From a virus: a stretch of DNA of 39,044 nt. The notes under the pieces are model-generated. The model was not told the origin of the DNA and did no database searches. It saw only the letters and a program-made list of their open reading frames with translations. Location of the stretch: positions 1 through 39,044 of the IMG/VR virus record IMGVR_UViG_3300034069_000599; one strand, 5' to 3'. The position numbers and the translations under genes are program-made. Below, piece by piece: positions 1-8,344 of the stretch (the first letter of the stretch is position 1; each line of letters starts with the position of its first letter).

Positions 1-134
1 CGCGCCGGGGGAGGCCGCGCAAGGCCGAAGGCGCGACCGACGATAACCCGCTTGCACCGCAGGACGGATCGGAGTAAGCACTCGTCTCAAGCCATCAGTT
101 TCCGGGGTGCTGTGAACTCCGCGTATCGGCGAGC
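1..134. repeat. Terminal direct repeat, left copy. Assembly-type overlap of a circular or circularly permuted genome.
   Basis: Read directly: all 134 bases of 1-134 equal 38911-39044. Bases 1-77 repeat the 3' end of CDS 38544-38987. Confidence 0.95.
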
Positions 135-159
135 AAGTGTTCAACCGATACGCGGAGTT
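115..159 (+). promoter_or_regulatory. Perfect 15-bp stem, 15-nt loop hairpin directly upstream of the coat gene. It covers the coat SD and is followed by TTTT.
   Basis: AACTCCGCGTATCGG (115-129) is the exact reverse complement of CCGATACGCGGAGTT (145-159). The GGAG at 154-157 is the only SD for ATG 164. T-run at 158-161. Confidence 0.6.
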
Positions 160-163
160 TTCC

Positions 164-1426
164 ATGTCTGCATTTCTGAAATCCGAAGAAATCACGTTCG
201 ACAAGGTTGTCCAGGGGTTCACGGACGGCTTGGTCATGACCGAAACCGTTGCGCGCGCGCCTTCTCTCGGCAACGAGCAGATGGAGCGGCAGGCGGACAC
301 CATCTGGCGTCCGATGCCGTACATCTCCACCGTCTATAACGGGCTCGACCAGACCGGCAATTTCGGCAGCAAGACTCAGCTTGCCGTTCCCGCCACGGTT
401 GGTTTCAAAAACTCGGTGCCGATCCAGGTCTCGGCGACCGAGCTTCGCGATCCGCTGCAGCTCACGCGCATCGGCGAAAGCGCAGCACAGGGACTCGCCT
501 CCAAGCTCAACTACAACATCTTCAACGTCGCGGCGCTGCTGGGATCGGTCTACATCAAGCGCAGCGGTGCGCCGACCGGTTTTGATGACGTTGCCGAAGC
601 GGATGCGACCTTTACCGAGCAGGGTATTGGGCCGAGCGCCGGTCAGCGCACGTTCGTGGCCGCGCCTCGGGCGATGAACGGCATCGCGTCCAATATGGCG
701 GCGCGCGGCACCGTGGGCGACATGGTGTCCAAGGCGTATCGCGAAGCCTATGTCGACAAGATCAGCAATTTCGATGTGGTGCGCGGCGAATACAGCTACC
801 AGCTTGCGGCATCTGCCGGTGGCAATATCACCATCGCGGGTGCCAACCAGTATTACGTTCCCAAGGCCATGTCGACGGCGACGACCGGCGAGCAGTCGCC
901 GGTCGACAACCGCTTCCAGACGATCGCGGTGTCCGCGAATGCTGGCGTGAAGGCGGGCGACGCCTTCAACATTGCCGGCGTATTCTCCACCCATCACATC
1001 ACGAAGCAGCCCACGGCGGCGCTCAAGACGTTCCGCGTCGTGGCGCTTGGCGCGGTCGCGAACACCCTGATCATCACGCCTCCGATCATCTCGGGCGGTG
1101 GCGGCACGCTGGCCGAGCTGGATTACAAGAACGTGTCGGCGGCTCCGGCGGCGGGTGCGGCCATCACGTGGCTGAATACCACCACCGCGAACGTGTCGCC
1201 CTTCTTCTGCAAGGGCGCGCTCGAACTGATGCCGGCCGATATCGCGCCGAACCCCGCCGATGGCTGGAACATCATGAAGGCGACGACACCGCAGGGCGTG
1301 ACGATCACCTATGCGCGACAGGGTGACATCAACACCTACAACACCAAAATCCGGTGGGACACGTCCTACGGCGTTACGATGCTGAACCCGGAGATGGCCG
1401 GCGCAATGCAGTTCAACCAGGCGTAA
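164..1426 (+). CDS. Major capsid (coat) protein, P22 gp5-like
   Basis: Matches recalled P22 coat blocks: RQADTIWRPMP vs RSSNTIWMPVE, VDNRFQTIAVSANAGVKAGDAFNIAGV vs [27 protein letters not shown], and QGDINT...YGV vs QGDIST...YGV. ATG 164 has GGAG 6 nt upstream. In-frame GTG 137 is an alternative start. Confidence 0.93.
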   Translation: MSAFLKSEEITFDKVVQGFTDGLVMTETVARAPSLGNEQMERQADTIWRPMPYISTVYNGLDQTGNFGSKTQLAVPATVGFKNSVPIQVSATELRDPLQLTRIGESAAQGLASKLNYNIFNVAALLGSVYIKRSGAPTGFDDVAEADATFTEQGIGPSAGQRTFVAAPRAMNGIASNMAARGTVGDMVSKAYREAYVDKISNFDVVRGEYSYQLAASAGGNITIAGANQYYVPKAMSTATTGEQSPVDNRFQTIAVSANAGVKAGDAFNIAGVFSTHHITKQPTAALKTFRVVALGAVANTLIITPPIISGGGGTLAELDYKNVSAAPAAGAAITWLNTTTANVSPFFCKGALELMPADIAPNPADGWNIMKATTPQGVTITYARQGDINTYNTKIRWDTSYGVTMLNPEMAGAMQFNQA

Positions 1427-1438
1427 GGAGCCAACAGC

Positions 1439-1786
1439 ATGACGACGCAGTTGCAGAAAGACATGCTTGAGGCTTCCCGGCGTCGGCTGGGACTCTCGCC
1501 CGCATACACGCCTGAGCATTCGGGCCTGTCGGACGACGGCCGTGTGCTGTCTATTCAGGAAGCCATGCCGGGTGGTGGACGGGTGGTGGACGCCGACAGC
1601 CTCAAGGCACAGGCCGAACCCGAGGTGGAGCCTATCTCGGTATTCGCCGTGGATCGCGACATCGCCGAGGCTCAGCGGCTTGCCAATACCCAGGTGGCGA
1701 AGGAAACTCAGCGATCTGCGGAAAAGCAGGCCAGGAAGGAGCCCGATAGCGGCCAGCCGGACGCCGACTCCGGCAACGGGGTCTAA
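1439..1786 (+). CDS. Hypothetical protein (115 aa) downstream of coat
   Basis: AAGGAG lies 8 nt upstream of the ATG. High GC3. Sits within the late operon. Confidence 0.65.
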   Translation: MTTQLQKDMLEASRRRLGLSPAYTPEHSGLSDDGRVLSIQEAMPGGGRVVDADSLKAQAEPEVEPISVFAVDRDIAEAQRLANTQVAKETQRSAEKQARKEPDSGQPDADSGNGV

Positions 1787-1789
1787 TCC

Positions 1790-2599
1790 ATGCCCGGCAC
1801 CCAGCCCGCAAGTCAGCGGCCGTCCGCTGGCGTCCTGATCCCGAGCCGAACGGAAGATGGGCAGGTCGCGAAGGGCTGGGTGCCGTTCGTCCAGTCGGTT
1901 GACGCCAATGGGGCAGCTATTGGCCCCTCGGGACAGCAGCCAAGCGCGAATAGCCAATCGGTAACGCCTGCCAGCGACACCCCTCCGTTTCCTATCGCGG
2001 GGCGCTACTCGTCCACGGTTCCGACCTACGCCGACAATCAAAACGGCACGGTATTGATCGACAATCGCGGCGGCGTCCGCATGATCCTTGCCGGCGGTGG
2101 CGACACGGTTTCAGGTTCGTCCCCGGCCGTCATCAGCAGCGCGATCAATTCGTCGCAGAACACCGGCTATAAGCTAGCCGTTGCGAATTATCTGTACGAC
2201 TCGGTCGGCAACACGATGAACGTTGCGCGCGGCGACTTTAGCGGGGCCTTTAACGCGGGTGCCGCATTCTATACCGAAAACACGACTGCTGTTCCAGCTG
2301 GTGCAACGATTCCTGGCGTAGGCCGAGCCAATGGAGGTGCGGCAGGAATCGTCGCGACCCGCTTCAACATGTTTGTGGCCGAGGCGCATACGGACGTGAC
2401 GGGTGGCACGCTCTATATTGACAGGTCAGTGGACGGTGGCACGACGTGGCGGCAGACCGCTTCCGTCTCGTCAACGGTTGCAGGCACGACGGCAACGGTC
2501 AGCGTCAGGATCACGGCCGGCATGTACCGGGCGCGGTACGTCAATGGCGCGACTGCCGTCGCCAACTTCCTTCTCACCACAGCTTACACGGTGGCATGA
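1790..2599 (+). CDS. Hypothetical virion-associated protein (269 aa). Possible decoration or fibre protein.
   Basis: Starts 3 nt after the previous stop. The S/T/G/A-rich C-terminal part looks beta-rich. Position is between coat and the gp4 adaptor. No motif recognised. Confidence 0.65.
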   Translation: MPGTQPASQRPSAGVLIPSRTEDGQVAKGWVPFVQSVDANGAAIGPSGQQPSANSQSVTPASDTPPFPIAGRYSSTVPTYADNQNGTVLIDNRGGVRMILAGGGDTVSGSSPAVISSAINSSQNTGYKLAVANYLYDSVGNTMNVARGDFSGAFNAGAAFYTENTTAVPAGATIPGVGRANGGAAGIVATRFNMFVAEAHTDVTGGTLYIDRSVDGGTTWRQTASVSSTVAGTTATVSVRITAGMYRARYVNGATAVANFLLTTAYTVA

Positions 2600-3300
2600 T
2601 GGCAGACGTGGGCGCAGCGGTTGATGGCAAGCCGGCCGGGGTGGCGACCGAAGAAGGATTGCTGGGAAGGTATCGCGATATCCGGGCCAACCCCGCCGCT
2701 ACCGCCGATGACATGTATTCCGCCGTCATGGCAGCTAATACGCCACAGAGCGTGTTTGACATGTTTCGCGCGGGCTATAACAAGATCACCGATGCGACCG
2801 ACGCCGCGCTGGCAGCCGTCTTGCAGCGCTTGGGCGCGCTTGAGGGTTCCAGTGCCTTCGTCACCAACCAAGTGCTGAGTACGGCGAATCTACTCAGCAC
2901 CTATCCGCCATCCGCCGCCTACGTTGGTAAGTACGCGCGTGTCTTCGACCTGTACGGCTCGGTAGACGACGTTCTGCGCTGTCGCTGGGACGGGGCGAAC
3001 TACCGGTGGGTTCCACAGCGCGCCGACTTCAATATGACTACGTCGGCTGCCGGCTCCGTTCAGCTTGTCCCGCTTGTCACGCCGCCGACCGTGAGAACGC
3101 CGGCAACGCTGACCGGCGCGATCACGTTCACGCCTAGCACGACCAACGCTATCATAGGCCAGCGGTATAGAGTTGTGGTAACGGGCGGGCTCGGTATCTA
3201 CACCGCTACGATTTCCGGGCTGATCGGCTCCAACCTTTCGTTGCTCGGTAACAGCTTCAAAGACATCGAATACGCCGCGTCCGGCTGGTTTGGAGTGTAA
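2596..3300 (+). CDS. Hypothetical structural-module protein (234 aa)
   Basis: ATGA overlap with the upstream stop (ATG 2596, TGA 2597-2599). The longer ORF from 2446 overlaps the previous gene and was rejected. Confidence 0.65.
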   Translation: MMADVGAAVDGKPAGVATEEGLLGRYRDIRANPAATADDMYSAVMAANTPQSVFDMFRAGYNKITDATDAALAAVLQRLGALEGSSAFVTNQVLSTANLLSTYPPSAAYVGKYARVFDLYGSVDDVLRCRWDGANYRWVPQRADFNMTTSAAGSVQLVPLVTPPTVRTPATLTGAITFTPSTTNAIIGQRYRVVVTGGLGIYTATISGLIGSNLSLLGNSFKDIEYAASGWFGV

Positions 3301-3302
3301 CC

Positions 3303-3461
3303 ATGGATGTTATCGAGACACAGTGCGTCTATGAAACCGATCCGCCTTCGGTCATCGTGCGCATCAATGGCTGGGCACTAGGGCAGTTTCCGATCGGGGA
3401 CTACAACCGTATCAAGGGCGCGCTCGGCTTGCCCGATGTTGTTTGCGACGGTCCTAAGTAA
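3303..3461 (+). CDS. Small hypothetical protein (52 aa), below the ORF-track cutoff
   Basis: ATG 3303 lies 2 nt after the previous TAA. Its own stop forms a TAATG junction with the next start at 3461. Translation: MDVIETQCVYETDPPSVIVRINGWALGQFPIGDYNRIKGALGLPDVVCDGPK. Confidence 0.4.
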   Translation: MDVIETQCVYETDPPSVIVRINGWALGQFPIGDYNRIKGALGLPDVVCDGPK

Positions 3462-3949
3462 TGCCGGCCGTTCGTCTTCTCGTCGCGACCAAGGGGCAGG
3501 CACCGAACACCATCTATCTCGGCGATGATGGCGAAACGCTAGTCGCAAAAGGCGCGGCCGATAAGCAGCTCGCCTTTTCGTCCGACTATAGCGGGTTCAC
3601 GACGGACGCCAGCGTATCCGATGCCTCTCGGTCGATCCACACCACTGCCGAAACGGGTTGGGTCGTCGTTCCGGCGGATCGGTTGCGTGAGGTCCGCTTC
3701 ACGTCAGCCAACGCGATCACGGTTCGGGTGCCGTCGCAGTTGCAGGTGGACTTGCCGATTGGTGTCATCGGCACGTATCGGCAAGATGGTGCTGGTGCGA
3801 TCACCTTTGTCGGCGACAGCGGCGTAACGGTGGCAAACGCGCCTGGTGCCAGTGTCGCCAAGACGGGCGGTGCGGGTTCGGTAGCCATTCTTGAAAAGGT
3901 AGGTGCACAACAGGTCCGGCTTACAGGTTTCGGCCTGGCGGCAGCCTAG
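3461..3949 (+). CDS. Hypothetical structural-module protein (162 aa)
   Basis: TAATG coupling to the upstream small ORF. High GC3. No motif recognised. Confidence 0.65.
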   Translation: MPAVRLLVATKGQAPNTIYLGDDGETLVAKGAADKQLAFSSDYSGFTTDASVSDASRSIHTTAETGWVVVPADRLREVRFTSANAITVRVPSQLQVDLPIGVIGTYRQDGAGAITFVGDSGVTVANAPGASVAKTGGAGSVAILEKVGAQQVRLTGFGLAAA

Positions 3950-3959
3950 CCTCGCGCGA

Positions 3960-4364
3960 ATGACGACCCGAGCCTCCATCCTATCTCAGGCTTTCGCCAA
4001 AATTGGCATCGCCGACTATACGTACAGCGTTGATCCGGATCAGCGAGCAGACGCCCGGCGGACGCTCAACGGCATGCTGGCCGAGTGGGCGGCGCAGGGT
4101 GCCGTGCTGGGCTATGTGCCGAGCGACGACGCGGATAACGACGGCGAGGACATGGGCACGCCACTATGGGCGGATGAAGCCATCGCCAGCAACCTAGGCC
4201 TGCGTATAGCGCCAGAATACGGCAAGATGCCGGGCGCGGGGCTCTCGCGCGCAGCGCGGCGTGGGTATGATCTGGTTGTGTCGCAAACTGTGGCCATCCC
4301 CGCCGTGCAGCGCGCGAAGTCGCCTATCCGGGGCGCTGGATACTACCGGCGGTGGAGCTTCTAA
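3960..4364 (+). CDS. Head-to-tail adaptor (head completion protein), P22 gp4-like
   Basis: LNGMLAEWAAQGAVLGYVPSDD...NLGLRIAPEYG...QRAKSPIRGAG parallels recalled P22 gp4 [24 protein letters not shown]...NLACRIAPDYA...SRAKRAPYPSRMPTGSG. Start taken at in-frame ATG 3960, after the upstream stop. Confidence 0.85.
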   Translation: MTTRASILSQAFAKIGIADYTYSVDPDQRADARRTLNGMLAEWAAQGAVLGYVPSDDADNDGEDMGTPLWADEAIASNLGLRIAPEYGKMPGAGLSRAARRGYDLVVSQTVAIPAVQRAKSPIRGAGYYRRWSF

Positions 4365-5761
4365 TGGTCCAGGTGCCCATCCTGTCCGGCATCTACGCAT
4401 CCACAACCGCTGACTTGGAACGCTCGCTACCCGTTAACCTCACGCCGATCGCTGAATCGGGTGACGGCAATGGTTCGGGCGTCTCAAAAGGGTATCTCCG
4501 TCTCATCAACGGGGTGCGCACCGTTCATGTGACGGACGGCGCTGATCGTGGTGGCTATGTATGGAATGGGACCCATCTGCGGGTGATCGGCCCGAGCCTT
4601 TGCGAGGTAACGGAAACAGCGGTCAAGCAACTCGGCGATCTTGGGAGCGATGGCAAGCCGGTTCAGTTCGCAGAGGGGTTTGGGCGCGTAGCTATCGCGA
4701 CCGGAGGCGACCTATATTACTGGGATGGAAGCGTACTCGCCAAGGTGGCCGATCCCGATCTTGGAAAGGCATTGTCGGTTACGTGGTCGGACGGATATTT
4801 TCTGACCACGGACGGCAGCTACATCGTAGCCACCGAGTTGAACGACCCGACTAGTGTGGACCCGCTTAAATACGGGTCAAGCGAGGCCGACCCGGACCCG
4901 GTGATAGCCATGCTGGCATTGCGCGGCGAGGTGTACGCGCTCAATCGGTACACGATCGAAAAGTTTCTAAACGCAGGCACGACAGGCTTCCCTTTTCAAC
5001 GGTCGCGGGGGTCGCAAATACCCAAGGGCGTCGTTGGGCGAGACGCCTACGCGCCGTTCGTTGAGTCGTTCGCGTTCTGTGGATCGGCGCGGGACGAAGG
5101 CTTGGGTATTTACCTGGCCGGCGCGGGCCAAGCGGTGAAAATCAGTCCCCGCGTTGTCGATGCCGCGCTGGGCGAGCTATCGTCGGATGACGCCGGATTG
5201 GTGCAGCTTGAGGCGGTTACGACAAGCGGACTGCAACAGCTTCTGGTGCATTTATCCACGGGCACATGGGTCTATCACTGGACGGCCTCGCAAGCTCTCG
5301 ACACGCCCGTGTGGAGCCAATTGCGCGGGGACGGAAATGGAGCCTATCCTGCCCGTCACCACACGCTGGTCGGCAACGATTTGTGGTGCGGCAGCGACGG
5401 CAAGCTGGGTGTTTCGGACGCCGCGATCGCAACGCTGTTCGATGCGCCGATCGGCTTCAGTTTCGACACGCCGATGCTTTACAATGCCGGCATGGGTGGA
5501 TTCGTGCACAGCTTGGAACTCGTTACGCTGGGCGGGCGGGGTACGGAAAATCAGATCAGCGTTTCCTATAGCGACGATGGCGTGACGTGGAGCAACGAGC
5601 GCTTTGTTGGAACGGGTAGTGTAGGCGCGAGGCTGGTTCGTGCCTTGTGGCGACGACTCGGCAGGTTCGGCAACTGGCGCATCTTCCGATTTCGTGGCGT
5701 TGCTCGCAGTCAAGTTGGATTCCTGCGCCTAGAAGCCGAGATAGAGCCGCTAAATGCGTAA
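4364..5761 (+). CDS. Tail hub (packaged-DNA stabilisation protein), P22 gp10-like
   Basis: About 465 aa, against 472 aa for P22 gp10. LPVNLTP near the N-terminus. C-terminus RALWRRLGRFGNWRIFRFRG...LRLEAE matches recalled RVLWKRVGRIRRLIGFKLRV...CQIRLE. TAATG junction with gp4. GTG 4352 is an alternative start. Confidence 0.8.
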   Translation: MVQVPILSGIYASTTADLERSLPVNLTPIAESGDGNGSGVSKGYLRLINGVRTVHVTDGADRGGYVWNGTHLRVIGPSLCEVTETAVKQLGDLGSDGKPVQFAEGFGRVAIATGGDLYYWDGSVLAKVADPDLGKALSVTWSDGYFLTTDGSYIVATELNDPTSVDPLKYGSSEADPDPVIAMLALRGEVYALNRYTIEKFLNAGTTGFPFQRSRGSQIPKGVVGRDAYAPFVESFAFCGSARDEGLGIYLAGAGQAVKISPRVVDAALGELSSDDAGLVQLEAVTTSGLQQLLVHLSTGTWVYHWTASQALDTPVWSQLRGDGNGAYPARHHTLVGNDLWCGSDGKLGVSDAAIATLFDAPIGFSFDTPMLYNAGMGGFVHSLELVTLGGRGTENQISVSYSDDGVTWSNERFVGTGSVGARLVRALWRRLGRFGNWRIFRFRGVARSQVGFLRLEAEIEPLNA

Positions 5762-6239
5762 CGACTACACGGTCATCAACGAGCGCACAATTGCGGGCTC
5801 CGGGCTGGGAGCATCGCCGGAGTTGATCGCCGGCTTGCTGGATCAGCAGCGCGCTACTTATGTCGATGGCCCTGCCGATACGTCTCAAGCCCAAGCCACG
5901 GCCGAGCAAGGTGTCGCCAGTGCCGCCATGGCGCAATCCAGCGCGGATGGAGCCCAAGCATCGGCGGATCAGGCCGGGACGAGGGCGGACGCAGCTCAAA
6001 TCCGAGCGGATGCGGCCTATGCCTTGGCAAACGCAAAGGTGGCGAAGGATGCAGGCCCGACATGGCAAGCTCCGACAGCCACGTCGAGCCGCGCCGCTTT
6101 TGCCGATTATACGGCCACCGCCACCGCCACCTATACGCAGGCCGATGTTCAAGCGTTGATGGATCGCGTCTCGCTGTTGACGAAACTGGTCGCGGCGCTG
6201 GTGACGGATGGGCGTAATAATCACAGTTTGACGAATTGA
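5754..6239 (+). CDS. Tail needle (plug protein), short gp26-like
   Basis: Syntenic with P22 gene 26. The Ala/Gln-rich central part is predicted coiled coil. C-terminus GPTWQAPTATSSRAAFADYTATATATYTQADVQALMDRV matches recalled gp26 ARQTGWTAATGTANKGVFDADLTFAVSDTYTQSEIQAIANAL. Confidence 0.6.
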   Translation: MRNDYTVINERTIAGSGLGASPELIAGLLDQQRATYVDGPADTSQAQATAEQGVASAAMAQSSADGAQASADQAGTRADAAQIRADAAYALANAKVAKDAGPTWQAPTATSSRAAFADYTATATATYTQADVQALMDRVSLLTKLVAALVTDGRNNHSLTN

Positions 6240-6364
6240 CTATGCCGGCGGCTTGGGCGCATGATGGATACATCGGTGGGGTGTAACCGGCCGGTGACGA
6301 GGCCACACTGGTAATCAATCCGATCTCTCTACCGCGACAGTCCGCAGCTTCATCGCTTTCGCGC

Positions 6365-6859
6365 ATGGGAAAACCGTACACCCGTAAAAAACTAGCGGTA
6401 AGATCGGAAGGCCTCACTTTACACCGCAACCCTAGCCGGGAAGTGGTCAACGCCGTGCTTTCCGATCCTTGGGTTGCCGCGAGACTTTCTCAGGACGGTC
6501 GCCAGCCCGGCTATATAGACCATCCCTTGGTTTCCTATGCAGCCGCATACGCCAACGGTGAATTGTTGGGTGTATTCACCGCGATCCAGTTCACTTGCTG
6601 GGAGGTGGAGGTGCATGTAGCGCTATTGCGGCATGCGATCCACCACGGGCGTGTCGCTGGGCGGGAATTCCTGGCACAGGTGTTCTCCGACCCGGACGTA
6701 TTGCGCGTCACGGCTTATGTCCTGGCCACCCTACCCAGCGCCGTAAACTATTGTCGACGGCTCGGGTTCGTGGACGAAGGGTGCCGCCGCCATGCCTGTA
6801 TGGTGAATGCCGCGCCGACCGATGTGCTGGTGTTGGGGATGCTGCGCCCGGCAAAGTAG
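6365..6859 (+). CDS. GNAT-like (acetyltransferase-fold) protein in the P22 gene-14 position
   Basis: 164 aa. The C-terminal CRRLGFVDEG...VLVLGM resembles the GNAT acetyl-CoA-site/beta-bulge region. Lies between needle and ejection genes. Preceded by a 125-nt gap and has no strong SD. Confidence 0.5.
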   Translation: MGKPYTRKKLAVRSEGLTLHRNPSREVVNAVLSDPWVAARLSQDGRQPGYIDHPLVSYAAAYANGELLGVFTAIQFTCWEVEVHVALLRHAIHHGRVAGREFLAQVFSDPDVLRVTAYVLATLPSAVNYCRRLGFVDEGCRRHACMVNAAPTDVLVLGMLRPAK

Positions 6860-6884
6860 TGGGCGTCTTGCGTATTGAGACGTT

Positions 6885-7571
6885 TTGCGCTACGCAGGCG
6901 GCAACCGCGTAGTGGGCAGTCCGGTAGCCCGCCTGAAAAGGAACGCGGCCCTGTCTTTTATCGGCGATGCAATTGGCTCAATTACCGGGGGCATCCTCGG
7001 GACCAAGCAGGCTGCCAAGGGCGCGCAACAGGCAGCGCAGACCCAATCCACCGCCGCCGAGAAAGCGATTGCCGAACAGCGATCGGCGCGGCTCAATGCT
7101 CAGGCGTTGGAGCAGCCTTTCATTGACGCTGGCGGAAAGTCGCTGGCGCAGCAGATGTCGCTTCTCGGGCTGAACGGCACGGCGGACCAGCAGACGGCGA
7201 TCAGCGCCTTGCTCTCCTCTCCGCAATACACCTCGGCGACCCAACAGGGCGAAGAGGCAATCCTGCAAAATGCGGCGGCTACGGGCGGCTTGCGAGGCGG
7301 CAACACGCAAAACAGCCTCGCGCGGTTCAGGTCAGACCTCCTTGGCAGCACGATCAACGATCAGCTCGCCCGGCTAAATACAGTCACATCCATCGGTCAG
7401 AACGCGGCGGCGGGAACCGGCAACAACGCGCTGGCGTCGGCTAACAGTGTAAGCAGTCTGTTGAACCAGCAGGGCGCGGCGCTGGCGGGCGGTCAGTTGG
7501 CGAAGGGGAACCAGGTGACAAGCGCGCTCAACGCAGGACTTCAACTCGCTGGCGCCGTGGCGGCGTTCTGA
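6885..7571 (+). CDS. Internal virion (ejection) protein, gp7-sized
   Basis: 228 aa, Ala/Gln/Gly-rich and low complexity, with a hydrophobic C-terminal end. Position matches P22 gene 7 (229 aa). Start is uncertain: TTG 6885 or GTG 6912. Confidence 0.5.
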   Translation: MRYAGGNRVVGSPVARLKRNAALSFIGDAIGSITGGILGTKQAAKGAQQAAQTQSTAAEKAIAEQRSARLNAQALEQPFIDAGGKSLAQQMSLLGLNGTADQQTAISALLSSPQYTSATQQGEEAILQNAAATGGLRGGNTQNSLARFRSDLLGSTINDQLARLNTVTSIGQNAAAGTGNNALASANSVSSLLNQQGAALAGGQLAKGNQVTSALNAGLQLAGAVAAF

Positions 7572-8344
7572 TGGCTAGCGCTCCCCCCATCAACTACACG
7601 GCCGGTCTGGCACAGTTGGATGCATCGCCACTTGTTCAGGCGCTCGGTATCCGTCGGCAGAACCAGGCTCAGAAAGCGGAGTCGCAAGCACGGGCTCAGC
7701 AAGCGCAGCTCGCTCGCGACAAGTTCGTGTACGATCAGCAGAAAGACGCCGATTACCAGGAAGCGGTCAAGGCGTATCAGGCGAACCCGACGCCGCAAGC
7801 TCTTCGCGACCTCGGCATGCAGTTTCCGGAACAGTCGGAGAGGCTGGTTAAGGCCGGCGATAGCTATACGACGGCGGCGAAGCAGGACCTTGTGGGAGCC
7901 GGATTCTCGGCGTTGGGCGCGATAGCGGCTGGCAATACGCCACTCGCCATTGACACGCTGCAAAGGCGGCGTGACGGACTCGCGAACAGCGGCGTCGACA
8001 CGTCGCATACCGACGCCGCGATTCAGATGCTCAAGGATGGCAAGTCGAAAGAGGCCACCGCCTATCTGAGTTATGCCATGAGCGGCCTCGTCGGTGCGGA
8101 TCATGCCGCCAGCATTCTTGATCAACTCGGCTACGGTGCGAAGGCCGAGGATCGACGCGCCGATAATGAGCGGCAGGCGGCAGGTCAGGCCGAAACCGCG
8201 CGTCACAATCGTGTCGAGGAAGGGCAGGGCGCGGCGCGTGTGCAGTTGTCACGTGAGGCTGGCGCGCGTGCTGCTAAAAACGGCGGGGGGAGGAGCAAGA
8301 AAGCGCCATACTCCGACGCCCAGCTAGACGCGTTGATTCAGTAA
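7571..8344 (+). CDS. Internal virion (ejection) protein
   Basis: TGATG junction. 257 aa, charged and helical. Position matches the P22 ejection genes. Confidence 0.5.
   Translation: MASAPPINYTAGLAQLDASPLVQALGIRRQNQAQKAESQARAQQAQLARDKFVYDQQKDADYQEAVKAYQANPTPQALRDLGMQFPEQSERLVKAGDSYTTAAKQDLVGAGFSALGAIAAGNTPLAIDTLQRRRDGLANSGVDTSHTDAAIQMLKDGKSKEATAYLSYAMSGLVGADHAASILDQLGYGAKAEDRRADNERQAAGQAETARHNRVEEGQGAARVQLSREAGARAAKNGGGRSKKAPYSDAQLDALIQ

Noticed and set aside
95-2041. 648-aa ORF on the minus strand, antisense to the coat gene
   Set aside because: Arg/Gly/Ala-rich junk typical of antisense frames in high-GC DNA. The plus strand carries a coat protein with clear P22 gp5 similarity and high GC3.
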